Source of the DNA: Octopus sinensis
Lineage: Eukaryota
Direction: 5' to 3'
Assembly: GCF_006345805.1 (NCBI RefSeq)
Contig: NC_043006.1
Coordinates: forward strand, 103,788,001 to 103,852,000
DNA length: 64,000 nt
Part shown: one piece after another, positions 39,372 through 52,788 of the stretch
How positions within the stretch are numbered: the first letter of the stretch is position 1
How the letters are laid out: each line of letters starts with the position of its first letter
The notes under the pieces: generated by a model
Seen by the model: only the letters and a program-made list of their open reading frames with translations
The model's database searches: none
What the model was told of the DNA's origin: nothing
Made by a program: the position numbers and the translations under genes

Positions 39372-39940
39372 AGTGGATATCTTAACGTCCCAAGGTGCAA
39401 ATTCTTGAGTTAATAAAACAAGCATGGGAGAAATGTGTGGAAAAAACAACTTAATAACAAAACAAGGCAAAGCCAAATCGCGGGAAACCTACACAATGGA
39501 CATCAAAAGGAAACAAACCAACAAACAAAAAACAATATATACTGTATCATAAACACCAATACTGATCGAAGTTTGATTCTCTCTTCTTTTAGTGGTGTTG
39601 CAAGTTCATTGTTGTGTTTTATCCATGAGTCGTTCCTCCCTTCGGTTCATGGAAAAAAAAAAAAAACTATTGTTTTGATTTGTTTTGAAAATTTCCATTT
39701 TCAGACTGACAGGTTCATGAGTTCCATCTTTCGAATTTCCTATTCTTATATCTTACGCATTCGTTTCAATATTATATTTTTTCGTTGGCATGTTCCTCTT
39801 TGATGCACATTGATCAATATTCTATTGGTTTCCCACGATTTAGTTTTGTTGAGTTTTGTTATTAGATTGTTTGTTTCACAGTTTCCGTAAGCTTGTTTTA
39901 TTGATTGAAGAATTTGCACCTTGAGATGTTTGAAATATCC
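39372..39940. repeat. Diverged long inverted repeat (~140-bp arms)
   Basis: GCTTGTTTTATT..AAGAATTTGCACCTTG.GA.GTT..ATATCCA at ~39890(+) and ~39372-39423(-). Confidence 0.6.
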
Positions 39941-40586
39941 ATGGCACCAACATCAAATATGGTTAAGCATTGGTCTCGCAAAGATCACTTGGGGAGATAT
40001 AGCTAAATAATTTTACAAGAAAGATACTGTTCCTATTCACATTTCTTTTATTCTTCTCTTCAACATTCCTAGTATATCATTTCTTTTAAGTAATCACTTT
40101 CCTCTATCTTTTTTTTTCTTTAAAAATATATCATAACACCTATGTTTGTATGTAGGGATTTAAACTTACTTAAAATCAGAATATGATTCTCTTCAAATTT
40201 TTTATTAGAATATAGTCATATAGACATATAGAGTAGTGTGGTAATAAATTATGATGAAAACCGCAACAAACTCATTATTCACTTATACATTTATACAGTT
40301 TCCTGTTATATTCATAAGATTTGATTAGTAAAGTGAATCACATTATTTAGTTTGTCATCGCTTTAGTTGGTTATCATTATATTTATTTCTAGCAACGGTG
40401 AGTTGTGAAAGCTTCATTTAAGCAATATACATATAGATAATCGATTACACATCCCCGATGTATATGTTTTACTGATTGTTAGTAGGCTGCGAGTCGCGCA
40501 GTGGGCATAACTCCCTCAAGGGACGTCAGATGTTAAAACACCTGAATGACTTATGCAGACGAGAGAACGCGTCCCAAATCCTATTC

Positions 40587-40636
<50 letters not shown>

Positions 40637-41162
40637 TTCAACTACGGTAGTAGTTGAACAATATTCTTCAGGTCGTAATTTATTCACACGCAGCATCTTC
40701 AGAGCTTTGTCGCGAATTCAGTTCTTAACCAAATTAAAAAGACTGGTCCTTAGCAACATTCTGACATAAAGAAATTGTGATTTGATCCAGTAGAAAAAAG
40801 TTTACATCAAAATTTGTAGCAACGTTATAGGAGAGTACATTTTTCCATGTAATATTGTATATATATGTGTGTTTATAAGTTTGAGTGCACTTGCGTGTGT
40901 GTATCATGCGGAAGGGGAGCATGAGTCGCTTTGTAAGTTGAAGAAACTATAACAAACGCAGTAGCTTGAATAGACATTACCCCGCAAAAATGTTTTATGT
41001 TCATCTCTATCCAGACTCCAGTAAGTTGCAGTTTCGGCGTTTATAGTAGTTCTGAGTTATGTAATCCCAGTCCACCAACCCTGGATAGTTAGGATGATGT
41101 CAAGCCAAAGATGACTCGAGGAAATGTAGTTAAATAATTTGGTTGGAAATATTCAGCTATAA

Positions 41163-41219
<57 letters not shown>

Positions 41220-41239
41220 ATGTGTGTGTGTGTGTATAT

Positions 41240-41419
41240 GGGAGAATTCACGAAAAAAAAACCAACAAAAGACGAAGACAGGCGGTGTAGAAAACAAACA
41301 GATGTATTAGTATAACGCTCAGGAATTGAAAAAGTCTTTTACGTTTCGTGCCTACGCTCTCTCACAGAAAGGAACACAGAGAGAAACAAGGAAAGAAAAA
41401 AAGAATATGTGTAGTGGCT

Positions 41420-41425
<6 letters not shown>
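41240..41425 (-). mobile_element. Family B copy with HHR-like motif 41336-41371
   Basis: Minus strand: CUUU-CUGUGAG-A-GAGC GUAG GCAC-GAAAC-GUA|AAAG. Confidence 0.7.
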
Positions 41426-41471
<46 letters not shown>

Positions 41472-41809
41472 CATTATGTGTATAGAAGGGCAGAAGCTGC
41501 CTGGCGCTAATATGGTTGATGTATAGTTTTGTCTACCCGTGATTTCTGATTGCCAGCCAATACGAGTATTTATGATATATTAATTATAATAGATAACAAC
41601 CAAGAAGTTTCACATATATTTTCACAAATATTTTTCGACGCTTTTGTTAATTTTATGACCGGTGGAAATCACAGGTAGTGGATTATTTTTCGCATCAGCT
41701 AGGTAAATCAGAAAACGGTTGTGTATACCATTCCAAGAAAGAGACAGGTCGACAGGGGAAAAAAACAGAAAAAGGAAGGAAGAAAGAAAGAAAAACTGAA
41801 AATAAAGTA

Positions 41810-42045
41810 ATACCTACTCCTTTACTACCCATAAGAGGCTAAACACAGAGGGGACAAACAAGGAAAGACAAATGGATTGAGTCGATTACATCGACCCAGT
41901 ACGCAACTGGTACTTAATTTATCGACCGCGAAAGGATGAAAGGCAAAGTCGACCACGGCGGAATTTGAACTCACAACGTAACAACAGGCGAAATACCGCT
42001 AAGCATTTCGTCCGGAGTGTTAATGACTCTGCCAGCTCGTTGCAT
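41810..42045 (-). mobile_element. SINE family I monomer
   Basis: Homologous to 22128-22360. Confidence 0.88.
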
Positions 42046-42416
42046 TAAAGTAATACCAAGGATTTATTCTGTCAGGGATATTGAGCGAATTCATCTTCTA
42101 TTACAAAAGCATGCTCCCGGTGCCAACGTTTGAAATTTCTAGGAGTTCACACGCACCTTACTAAAGGAAATGAATAGATGAGATGTCTGGAAGTAGCTGC
42201 GTCGTTGACAGACCATGTCGTATGAAGCAAACAAACCGATGCAAAAAATGGACATTCAACCAACCAAAAGATCTTATAAAATGGTATCAAACGCATTCAA
42301 ATACATATATAGAAGAGTTTTCAGGATTCTACCCAAGAGAGTTTTCTGCTTTTAATTGTACCCTATTTTGCCTACCAGATTGATGTCCAATAGTTAATTA
42401 TGGATCCTAAACGTGA

Positions 42417-42715
42417 AGGCGTATGGCTCAGTGGCTAAGAGTATTCAACTCACGATCCTAGACTCATGAGTTCAGTTCTCGGTGGGGTGGTATGTTGTGT
42501 CCATGAGCAAGACATTTATTTCACGTTGTTCCGGTGCATTCAGCTGGACAAAAATGAATTGTCCCTGTTATTCAAAGAGCCAGTCTTTTCATGTTTTGTG
42601 TTAATTCTTCCTAAGAACTAGGTTAAAGGTTCTCGTGTCTGCGGAATTTCCCAAGTAGACTGTTCGGTTGATCGGATCATCGGAAACACTCGTCATCATA
42701 ACCGACGGATTTCCA
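42417..42715 (+). mobile_element. Degenerate tRNA-derived CORE-like SINE
   Basis: GGCGTATGGCTCAGTGGCTAAG (A box), GAGTTCAGTTCTC (B-like), GTGTCCATGAGCAAGACA. Confidence 0.65.
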
Positions 42716-42854
42716 GTTAGTTATGCGTCTCAAGTAAATATGTTGAAGCAACAATGAAATGCTAATGGAAGAATACTCTTAATTCCATACAAAATACTGA
42801 TTCTGAGATAAATCAGGTCACTATTAATGCCAAAAAACACAAGGAGTTTTCTTC

Positions 42855-43560
42855 TAAGACGGATCTGGTGAACCTGGATAAAAACCTACCTTTACAACGT
42901 ACTCATCCGCTCGATACAAAGAAAGTTCGGATTTTTTTTGTCTCGTAACAACTAGAGTAGCTGTTGATTTGCTCAAAGAATGACGAATTGCGCACCAAGG
43001 CTTTAAGCTTCCAGTTCCGTTCCAGTGATAGGAACAACTTTATCAATGAAGAAATGATACTATGGTGCACAGCGTGTTTATGACATATCTCATATCATTA
43101 TTGAGAAAGTCTCTACTTTATCAAGTGATATACAGTGTTTAATTGACCAGTTTATAAAAGAGATTGCGTTGACCGGTCACCTTTTTCGCAGAAAGACATT
43201 TTTACTTGGTACTTGGTGAAGGCCTTCGTCAGATGCCAAATTAATCGTTAAAGTCACCATAATAGAATCATTCATTAAAAACTTTTCCATTAGCGAAAAG
43301 CGTGGAAGTAGTCCATCTCACAGTCAATATGATTCCTGCTAGACAAAATAGACAAAAGAATTTAACAGTTGGATCTTAAGCATTGGTAATGGAACTTTAA
43401 CAAGACAAACAGGGATTTTATGATGCCGGGCTTCCCACACCATTAGGAATCAATACAATAAAGATAGATATTGTGAGTAATATTTATGGAGCTTCAATCA
43501 ATACCAGCAATGAGTTAGTTGTCCAGGAAGATTTTACGCGCTGCAAAGCATAAGGACGCA
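42855..43560 (+). pseudogene. Fossil Helitron PIF1-like helicase
   Basis: Motifs in the expected order across frames: KTYLYNVLI (Walker A region), RIAHQGFKLPV, FINEEMIL, VLGEGLRQMP, WILSIGNGTL, NIYG. Confidence 0.75.
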
Positions 43561-44489
43561 TTAAAACTTAGCAAACACATTTTTCAGTTTTTACTTCTTA
43601 TATCAGAGGAATACAAATGTAGGGATAAATTCAAATATGAAATAGAAGTAGTAGCAGATGTAATAAATTCAAATATGAAATAGCATAAGAAATAGGTATA
43701 AATTCAAATAGGAAATATGAAGAATTCTATTTTTTAATATGATGACAATGTGGATTGAAAGCTTCCTGTAAAATTCATATATGAGCCAATTCCATCCGGA
43801 ATGTGTCTCATAATTTCAAAGTGAATGTTAGCTAAATTATGCAGGTAGTTCATATCCTCAATCTAGAATAGTCTTAGTAACTGAACGCTGCTTATCGTTA
43901 AAGAAACTCTTCGTGCAGAAATAACATGTTGCAATAAGATAGCAAGAATTTTCATCCCACGCGTTGATTTCTCGCCTGGCATGACGAATCTGAAGTTTCA
44001 GTTTAGCCACACGAAGTTAATTTTCTTATCTTTTGTAATTAATATATATCTCAGGGTCATTTTTTAACGGTGTGAGAGTGTGACTGGCAGAGAGTCTGCG
44101 TGTGGTCCTGCATAGTAATATAAAGATAAAAATAGGACCAAAAATCAGCAGCACTTGAAATTAGAGATTTCACCTGATATTAAACAAGGATAGTTTTTCT
44201 GTAATTTATATCTTTACATGTATGTATGTATGTATGTATGTATGTATGTATGTATGTATGTATGTATGTATGTATGTATGTATGCGTGTATGTATGTATG
44301 TATGTATGAATGTATGTATGTATGTATGTATGTATGTGTGTGTATGTATGTATGTATGTATGTATGTAATGTATGTATGTACGTATATATCTGTGTATCT
44401 ATGTACGTATGCTTTATGTGTTATGTAAGTACCTTTTGTCTTCAAGTACTACATTTGTCCACTTCGTTTTACACTTACGTATGTGTATA

Positions 44490-44533
<44 letters not shown>

Positions 44534-44539
<6 letters not shown>

Positions 44540-44845
44540 TTATAAATTAGGGTATCTACGAGATACCACCATGCTGAAAATAGCAGCCATGATCTGACTC
44601 TAAAACCACCTTAATTTTTTACTAGTTTCATCTTGTTTCTTTGTTTTCTCTCTGTGTTGATATATGGGCAATTAAGGTGGTTTTAGAGATTTAGAGTCAG
44701 ATCATGGCTGCTATTTTCAGCGTTGTGGTATCTCATAGATCCCCTAATTTATAATTTTAATAATTATTACCTTTGAATATGATTTTTTCCATGATAACCA
44801 CTTCATAAAATCGTTATTTTATTTTTAAATTAACGATCTTATCCT

Positions 44846-44923
<78 letters not shown>

Positions 44924-45234
44924 TAAAATTATAAATTAGGGTATCTACGAGATACCACCATGCTGAAAATAGCAGCCATGATCTGACTCTAAAACCACCT
45001 TAATTTTTTACTAGTTTCATCTTGTTTCTTTGTTTTCTCTCTGTGTTGATATATGGGCAATTAAGGTGGTTTTAGAGATTTAGAGTCAGATCATGGCTGC
45101 TATTTTCAGCGTTGTGGTATCTCATAGATCCCCTAATTTATAATTTTAATAATTATTACCTTTGAATATGATTTTTTCCATGATAACCACTTCATAAAAT
45201 CGTTATTTTATTTTTAAATTAACGATCTTATCCT

Positions 45235-45250
<16 letters not shown>
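44534..45250. repeat. Tandem duplication (period 389 bp) of a foldback unit
   Basis: Each unit has arms ~44534-44615 / ~44667-44760 and the AAATAGCAGCC motif; the two units look identical by eye. Confidence 0.9.
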
Positions 45251-45318
<68 letters not shown>

Positions 45319-45638
45319 TATGTACACGTATCTGTTTGATTATATGTATATAACACACACACACACAAATATATATAATATATATATATATATATTTACA
45401 CATAAGTATGTATGTATATATGTAGGTAGGTAAGTAGACAGGCAGGTAGGTAGGTAGGTAGGTAGGTAGGTAGGTAGGTAGGTAGGTATACATGTATACT
45501 AGTGAATGAATTTAAAATGTAATTCGCAACTCATGTTTGGAATTAAATGGATTTGAAACCCTTTCACTCCCTTCCGCATGATTTGAATGTGGTGAGATGT
45601 GCAGAACGTGCAGAGCATTATTGATATATAATAATAGC

Positions 45639-45683
<45 letters not shown>

Positions 45684-45699
45684 TAATAATAATAGTTAT

Positions 45700-46285
45700 T
45701 ATTATTTGCTTCCATTTCTTGCCGAGTGTCTTCCCGACTCCTAGGACAAAGAAACTCACAGTATACATTGGCAGGCCATTAAACTAAACTCACTAGTTCG
45801 TTAATTTTATATTTTTTTTTATTTTTTAAGTTAAATTAAAATACATGGGCAGTAATAGTTCTCACATCGACAATGCTCTTTTCAATACGTGTGATGTACC
45901 AGTTAAGACAATCTTTCGCACTTCTTGCAGGGATGGTAAGCCAGGGATCATTCTCATATAATTTTCGGTTCCCTTCTTGATCTTTCCTAGTGCTCCTACG
46001 ATCATTGGTATTGTAACCGCCTTGAGATGCCACATTTGCTCAATTTCAATGAGCAGGGATTTATATTTTATGACCTTGTCAAACTCTTTCGCCGAGATAT
46101 TATGATCACAGGGGATGCTCATGTCGATCAATAAGCAAACTTTATTGTTTTGGTCTTTCACAACAATATCTGGTTTATTGGCCTTGATGGTTCGGTCTGT
46201 ATGTACTGGAAAGTCCCACAGAATCGTTACATTTTCTCCTTCAGTTACAGCTTCCGGGTGGTGATTATATCACTTGTCGGTAGTT
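45700..46285 (-). mobile_element. 5'-truncated R4/Dong-type retrotransposon (RLE domain)
   Basis: TDRTIKANKPDIVV...LLIDMSIP...KYKSLLIEIEQMWHLKAVTIPMIVGALG; TTA repeats at both ends. Confidence 0.88.
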
Positions 46286-46324
46286 TATTATTATTATTAC
46301 TATTATTATCATTATTAATATCAC

Positions 46325-46389
<65 letters not shown>

Positions 46390-46846
46390 TATCATCATCA
46401 TCATCATCATTGAATGGAATTTGTAAATATTTAATGCATCGCCACGCGCGCTTTCACAGATTACATGACTCTTAAGGTCACAGTCCGTATTCCTGGGACG
46501 ATTACAGTGTAATACGTGTTAATCCGTTGGGCATCATCATTGATTCATTTCTTCTGGCGATATAACATTAGTAGATGTACAACAGAGGGATGTTTATCCC
46601 TGTTTACTAGTATGAAGGTCAAGCGAGTTGAGCTTCATACTGATAAAAAAAGGAAGAGATATCTTTCTAACGTACATCCACTAATGTTATATCGCCTGAA
46701 GAAATGAATCAGTAATGATAATCAACTGGATGACTACGGATACGACGGACTACACCGTAATCTGTATGGTAGTCATTACTACCAAAAATAAACGAATCGT
46801 ATCGAATGCAGCTCTCGAAGCAAGACATTTAAAAAACAGAATTTAG

Positions 46847-46908
46847 TTCCAGATCACCTGTGATTTCGCAATTAACGTATTATCTACGTCTTTTGTTCAT
46901 CAGTGAAA
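46847..46908 (-). ncRNA. Minimal hammerhead ribozyme
   Basis: UUUCA-CUGAUGA-A-CAA..(ACGUA GAUAA UACGU)..UUG-C-GAAA-UCACAGGUGAUC|UGGAA. Confidence 0.75.
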
Positions 46909-47387
46909 CATATTCAGAACATATAAAAAATAAACAAAACATACATACCCGGCGGAACCAAAGAGACAACTGTCGCCTCCAACGTAGCACATGGAAATGT
47001 TTATTCATCATATAGTCGTTTATTTTTGGTAGTAATGACTTTGAAAGTCCCTCCTAGCGTGTGGCATTTATGTGTAATAATGCCCTCTATATAATATAAA
47101 TAAATATTTTCAAGTGAAAAAATTTTCAGATTTTTTCTCTTATGAGGTTTTTCACAGTAACTACCTGATAATTTCGTGTTAAGATCTCTTATTAAGATTT
47201 TCACCTTAATTGTTAAATTTGTTCCGAAGAATCACGTTTCTCACCGAAATGCAGTTCGAAGAAGCCCGACATTTACATGAATATATGATGAATAAACATT
47301 TCCATGTGCTACGTTGGAGGCGACAGTTGTCTCTTTGGTTCCGCCGGGTATGTATGTTTTGTTTATTTTTTATATGTTCTGAATATG

Positions 47388-47449
47388 TTTCACTGATGAA
47401 CAAAAGACGTAGATAATACGTTAATTGCGAAATCACATGTGATCTGGAA
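47388..47449 (+). ncRNA. Minimal hammerhead ribozyme
   Basis: As the 46847-46908 copy, but stem III is the perfect palindrome AUCACAUGUGAU; cleavage predicted after C47444. Confidence 0.8.
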
Positions 47450-47576
47450 CTAAATTCTGTTTTTTAAATGTCTTGCTTCGAGAGCTGCATTCGATACGAT
47501 TCGTTTATTTTTGGTAGTATGACTTTTAAAGTCCCTCCTAGCGTGTGGCATTTATGAGTAATAATGCTTTCTATAT

Positions 47577-47652
<76 letters not shown>

Positions 47653-47794
47653 TGAATTGAGAAACGGTGTTTTTTTTCCTAAATATATATATATATATAT
47701 AATATTTTGTGAAATTTGATTTAGTATTTCTAACTTGAATTTTTCCCTGTAAGTTAGAATGATATTCAATCAAATTATTATTATTTATTATTAA

Positions 47795-47840
<46 letters not shown>

Positions 47841-48388
47841 GAGTGAGAGAGCAGTTCATGCCATCAAAGTGACACTGGGGTAAAATATACGAAGCCCAAA
47901 ATACCCATCATAACTACCCGTCTGATAAGGGTACACCAGGCACATGCATCACAACCATATGTGCGCGACATGGTGATCTCATAAACAGGACATGACCTTG
48001 CAGATGGGGCCCAGTTAGAATTTTCTTTAAGTTGAATAGCCCATCCCGCTCAAAAGGTCCCTGAATAAGGGTTGTTTAAGGATGTTGAAAAAACCACCCA
48101 TGTTTCCAGAGGTGAATTATTCAAACCCCAAAGAATCCCTCTCAACACATGGCTATGATGCTCCCCCACTACTTCTGCTCGTGATCAGAGATGCACATAT
48201 CATCAGCCACTAAGTGACATGCTCAACTCGTTAAAGTCAAACAACTGACAAGCAAATCTGTGGTATTGAGCAGAATATTTGCTGTAGCCCATCTTTTATA
48301 CCAAGACAAAACAATGTACATGATAACACTTCCAATCAGTTAAGATCAGAAGCCATGAGAGCCACTGCCTGGTACTGCATCAGGGCAT
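47841..48388 (-). mobile_element. Non-coding interspersed repeat flanked by (AAT)n (likely a non-LTR 3' region or non-autonomous element)
   Basis: Second copy at 31653-31985; (TTA)n on both sides. Confidence 0.8.
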
Positions 48389-48426
48389 TGTATTATTATT
48401 ATATTATATTATTATTATTATTATTA

Positions 48427-48458
<32 letters not shown>

Positions 48459-48463
48459 ATTAT

Positions 48464-50919
48464 TCTATGTTGACTTTGCTTATATTTGTACAAGTTGGCT
48501 CCAAGTCTCACCCAGAGACCTCAAGAGACAACAGGGTTGGAAGTTCATGTTGTTCTTATGCCTAGTGTGCCATATATTTGGGGGGTGGGGATGTTGTACT
48601 AATGAATGTCTAAAAAAAAAGTTTTTTTTTTTTTTTTTAAACCGAAAATATGTTTGTTTTAAACCTTGAGATTACATAGAGAGTATTTTGCGTAGGATAT
48701 GAGCAGTTCCCATGAGCACTATCTTTTGAACTTCTGCCATTTTTGGGTTTCCTGGTATCTGAGTTAGGTAGCTATCAGCCCCTTTTGCTATCATTCCCAG
48801 GGCACCTATGACAACAGGTATTGTTTTAGTCTTCAGCTTCCACATTTTGCTGATTTCTATTTCAAGATCTTTATATTTGCTCAGTTTTTGGTAGGTCTTG
48901 ACAGATACGTTTATATCGATTGGGACAGTCATATCAATGAGGAGGCATGTTCTTTGTTGAAGTCTTTCAATATGATGTCTGGCCTATTTGCATCTATCTT
49001 CCTGTCAGTTTGAATGGTGAAGTTCCAGAGGAGTGAGATGTGGTCATTTTCAAGCACTGGGGGTGGTTTGTGTTCCCACCAGTTTTTTTCATGGGGCAAA
49101 TCCAGGTTTTTACAGATTACCCAGTGAATATATTGTGCAGCTCTATCGTGCCTGTTGAGATACTCTGTAGGCGCTAGAAGACTGCACTTGGAGACCACAT
49201 GGTCAATGGTTTCATTGTTTGCTTGATACACGACACGTTGGACTGCTTCTGATCTTTAATGTTGGCCTGGTAGTTTCTTGTTGGTAGGCATTGATCTTGA
49301 GCTGCTATGATAAACCCCTCTGTTTCAGATTTTAAGCCAGAGGCCATTAGCCATTGATGGGTCAGGGCTTTGTCGATATCTGCATTATTCGCTCTCTTGG
49401 GTATTTGCCATAGAGAGGTTTTTCTTGCCATTTATTATTCAGAATATCTAAGGACGCAGTTTTGGCACGGGTTTTCATGCGCCTAGCTTTTTCTGTGCTT
49501 GTTTCTTGTATATCTATCTCTAATTCCGAAATTGGTTGTATTCGGAATTCACTTAGATATTCCTTTGCCTGTTTTGTGACTGAGTATGATGCTTTCTTGT
49601 TTTCATGTTTTGAGACAAGTATTAACATCCACTCCTCAGAGTTTTTCAGGTAGGTGTCTAGGCCAATTGTAGCAATCTTCATTGTTATTGCTAGTTGCAA
49701 AAGACCACGGCCTCCCTCTTTTCTTGGCAGATAGAGTCGTTCTGTATCTGCCTTAGGGTGGTGCATTCTATGCATTGTTAACAGTTTCCTTATTTTTCTG
49801 TCGAGCTGACATATTTCAGTAATTGACCAGTTAACATTATTGAAACTGTAAGTCACGACTGGTATAGCTAATGCATTGATTGCTTCGATCCTGTTTCTTG
49901 CATTCAGCTCTGTCTTGAGTATTGCTCTCACTCTTCGATAGCATTCTCTCCTGATCCTTCCTTCATCTCTGAATGCCTTATTCCGTTCCCTTCAATTACC
50001 CCTAGGTACTTGTAGCTCTCCGCTGGGTCTAGTTCTTTTATGACATTCTGTTGGTCAAGGTTAACGTTAGATGTTTCTGTCATTTTTCCTTTGATAAACG
50101 TAGCCTTGGCACATTTATCGAGGCCGAATTGCATTCTGATGTCGTCCTGAATTGTTTGACTATCGCTAGTAACCCTTGAGTTGTTGATCATTTTTTGCAA
50201 AAAGCTTTAAATCATCCATGTAAACGAGATGATTTATATTTTTATCAAACATTTTATACCCGTACTGCGCGTCATTGAGCAGCTTTGAGAGAGGTATTAA
50301 GGATAAACAAAAGAGAGTGGTGACAGTGAGTCACCCTGGAAAATGCCACACGATTTTTACATCACCAGCATTTAGGGATTCACTGTCACTGTTCAGAGTT
50401 AGTGTGGTTCTCCATGATCTCATACTTACAGTCAAGAAGTTTCGCAGAGTTGGTGCTATCTTATACATTTCAAGGCATTTCCTAATCCAGCTATGTGGTA
50501 GGCTATCAAAAGCCTTTTTATAGTCTATCCAGGCTATTGATAAGTTTTTGTGTCGTTTGTGACAATCTTCTAAGATCATCTTATTGATGAGTAGTTGGTC
50601 TTTACAGCCGTAGGATCCACGTTTACATCCTTTCTGTTCATTAGGGAATATGCTGCTGTCTGTTAAAAAACTATAGGTATATTCCGTCAGGACAGATGTT
50701 AGTGTTTTGTACATAGTTGTTAAGCAGGTTATGGGTCTATAGTTTTTTGGTTCATTTGTTTCTTCACTTTTTGGAAGCAGGAATGTTAACCCATTAACTA
50801 GCCAAGGAGGCATCCTACTAGGGTGTTGCAAAACATCATTGTACAGTTCTGTTAGCAGTTCATGGCTCTCTGGGAAGGCATTCAGCCAGAAGTTAGGAAT
50901 TTTATCCTTTCCTGGAGAC

Positions 50920-50920
<1 letters not shown>
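48464..50920 (-). mobile_element. 5'-truncated R4/Dong-type non-LTR retrotransposon (RT + CCHC + restriction-like endonuclease), frameshifted; coding remnant ~48672-50920
   Basis: KSPGKDKIPNFW, NYRPITCL, WIDYKKAFDSLPH, YMDDLKLF (read from CATCCATGTA at ~50212-50221), LPRKEGGRGL, ETIDHVVSKC, NRPDIILKD, KYKDLEIEI, IPVVIGALG; (TTA)n at 48390-48463 and 50921-51027. Confidence 0.92.
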
Positions 50921-50995
<75 letters not shown>

Positions 50996-51069
50996 CATTA
51001 TTATTATTATTATCATTATCATTATTATATATGTATATACATACATACATATATATATACATATATATA

Positions 51070-51100
<31 letters not shown>

Positions 51101-51264
51101 GTACATACATACATACATACATACATACATACATACATTCACGCACATGCATACACACACATACACACAGTCACACACACTCAGACACAGATATATATCA
51201 TGAAATGATGAATCGTATGGCATACACCTGGTAACTTACCAGTAAAGCACGTTTCACTTATTTG

Positions 51265-51425
51265 AATAATGATTGAGACGGGGGACGGAAGATACGGCAA
51301 TGTTGACTGATCACTAAAAACCAGGTGTTCAGTTATCCCACTGTGAGGGATCGATGTTAGATGGGTCGAAACTATTGTGATCGATAAGCGTTCTCGTATC
51401 TTCCGTTTTCCGGTCTCTCAATAAT
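51265..51425. repeat. Imperfect foldback
   Basis: GATTGAGAC..GACGGAAGATACG / CGTATCTTCCGTT..GTCTCTCAATAATC. Confidence 0.65.
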
Positions 51426-51504
51426 CAAATCTATATATATACGGGGGTAGACTAGAGAAGCTGAAACTGTATTCACTCCAACGACGCCGTGAACGCTATA
51501 TTAT

Positions 51505-51895
51505 CTGTATGATGGGGAAAATATTCCATCAGCACTGTCCGAATGATGTTGGCATCACCTTCAAAATACATCCAAGGCTTGGACCACGTGCCATCCGTCC
51601 ACAACAAAAATCTAAATCGCATCACATAACGACAATAAGGTACAATTATTTCACCTCAATTGGACCCGCTCTCTTCAACATTACACCAGGACACGTCAAA
51701 ACAGAAACTGACCACACAAAATTCAAGAAGTCTTTGGACAAATTCCTTCAAATAGTCCCGGACAAACCACCCACACCCGGATATGTCTCCGCAAACAATA
51801 ACTCTCTGCTCAAATGGGCCTCGGTGCCCAAATCCTGAATTGAAAGACTTCGCCAGGTGGTGCTATTAAGTTAGACATGGCCCAAATCGTTCTAA
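51505..51895 (+). pseudogene. CR1-like LINE 3' fragment
   Basis: ORF 51509-51838 (KIFHQHCPND...HPRLGP...LDKFLQIVPDKP..PGY), homologous to 27850-28150. Confidence 0.85.
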
Positions 51896-51896
51896 G

Positions 51897-52250
<354 letters not shown>

Positions 52251-52788
52251 TTCCCTTCTCTATTCTTGGCCGATCTAGTAAGCCCTTCAGCCTTTAAGAG
52301 TTAAATAGCTACAGCCTCTTGTGAATAGCAGTAATGTGATTAATGTGGCAAACACCTAATCATATAACAAGGATTGATACCTACCTCATTGTGTTCAACC
52401 ATTGTAAAATTTATCGCCTGTGAATATGAAATTCATCTCCATTTCTCTGGAAATTTACATCTACAACCATTGGAATCTGTACATATATACAAAGGATTAA
52501 TTCACCCTCTCTGTAATGCTAATAAGCAGGAATTGAGACCCACCTCGTTGTAATTAACAATGGATAAATTTGTCTTCTGTGAGTATATAATCCCTCATCA
52601 TATCTATGGAAATTCATATGGATTAGGTCACCTTCTCTGTGATGCTATCAAAACTTTTTTAAAATTCTGTGATAAGACTGTACATCATCTTTAAAGAACT
52701 TTAATGAACTTTAGAAATCTGTTTAATTATCTACATTACTTCATGAGTATAGCCTCAAACACTAGGATGTCTAGAGAACTTACATGTA

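Larger units (their letters stand above)
46763..47580. mobile_element. Penelope-pLTR-like inverted plus direct repeat with two HHRs
   Basis: Near-identical inverted arms 46763-47014 and ~47282-47525; direct repeat ~47016-47095 versus ~47500-47578. Confidence 0.8.

Noticed and set aside
50921-51158. Poly-Asn/Asp N-terminus fused to the RT in ORF 50331-51158
   Set aside because: The (AAT)n flank happens to be in frame with a 5'-truncated retrotransposon.
51334-51386. CUGUGAGG...GAAAC-UAUU-GUG motif in a foldback loop
   Set aside because: G at the cleavage position and a poor stem I.
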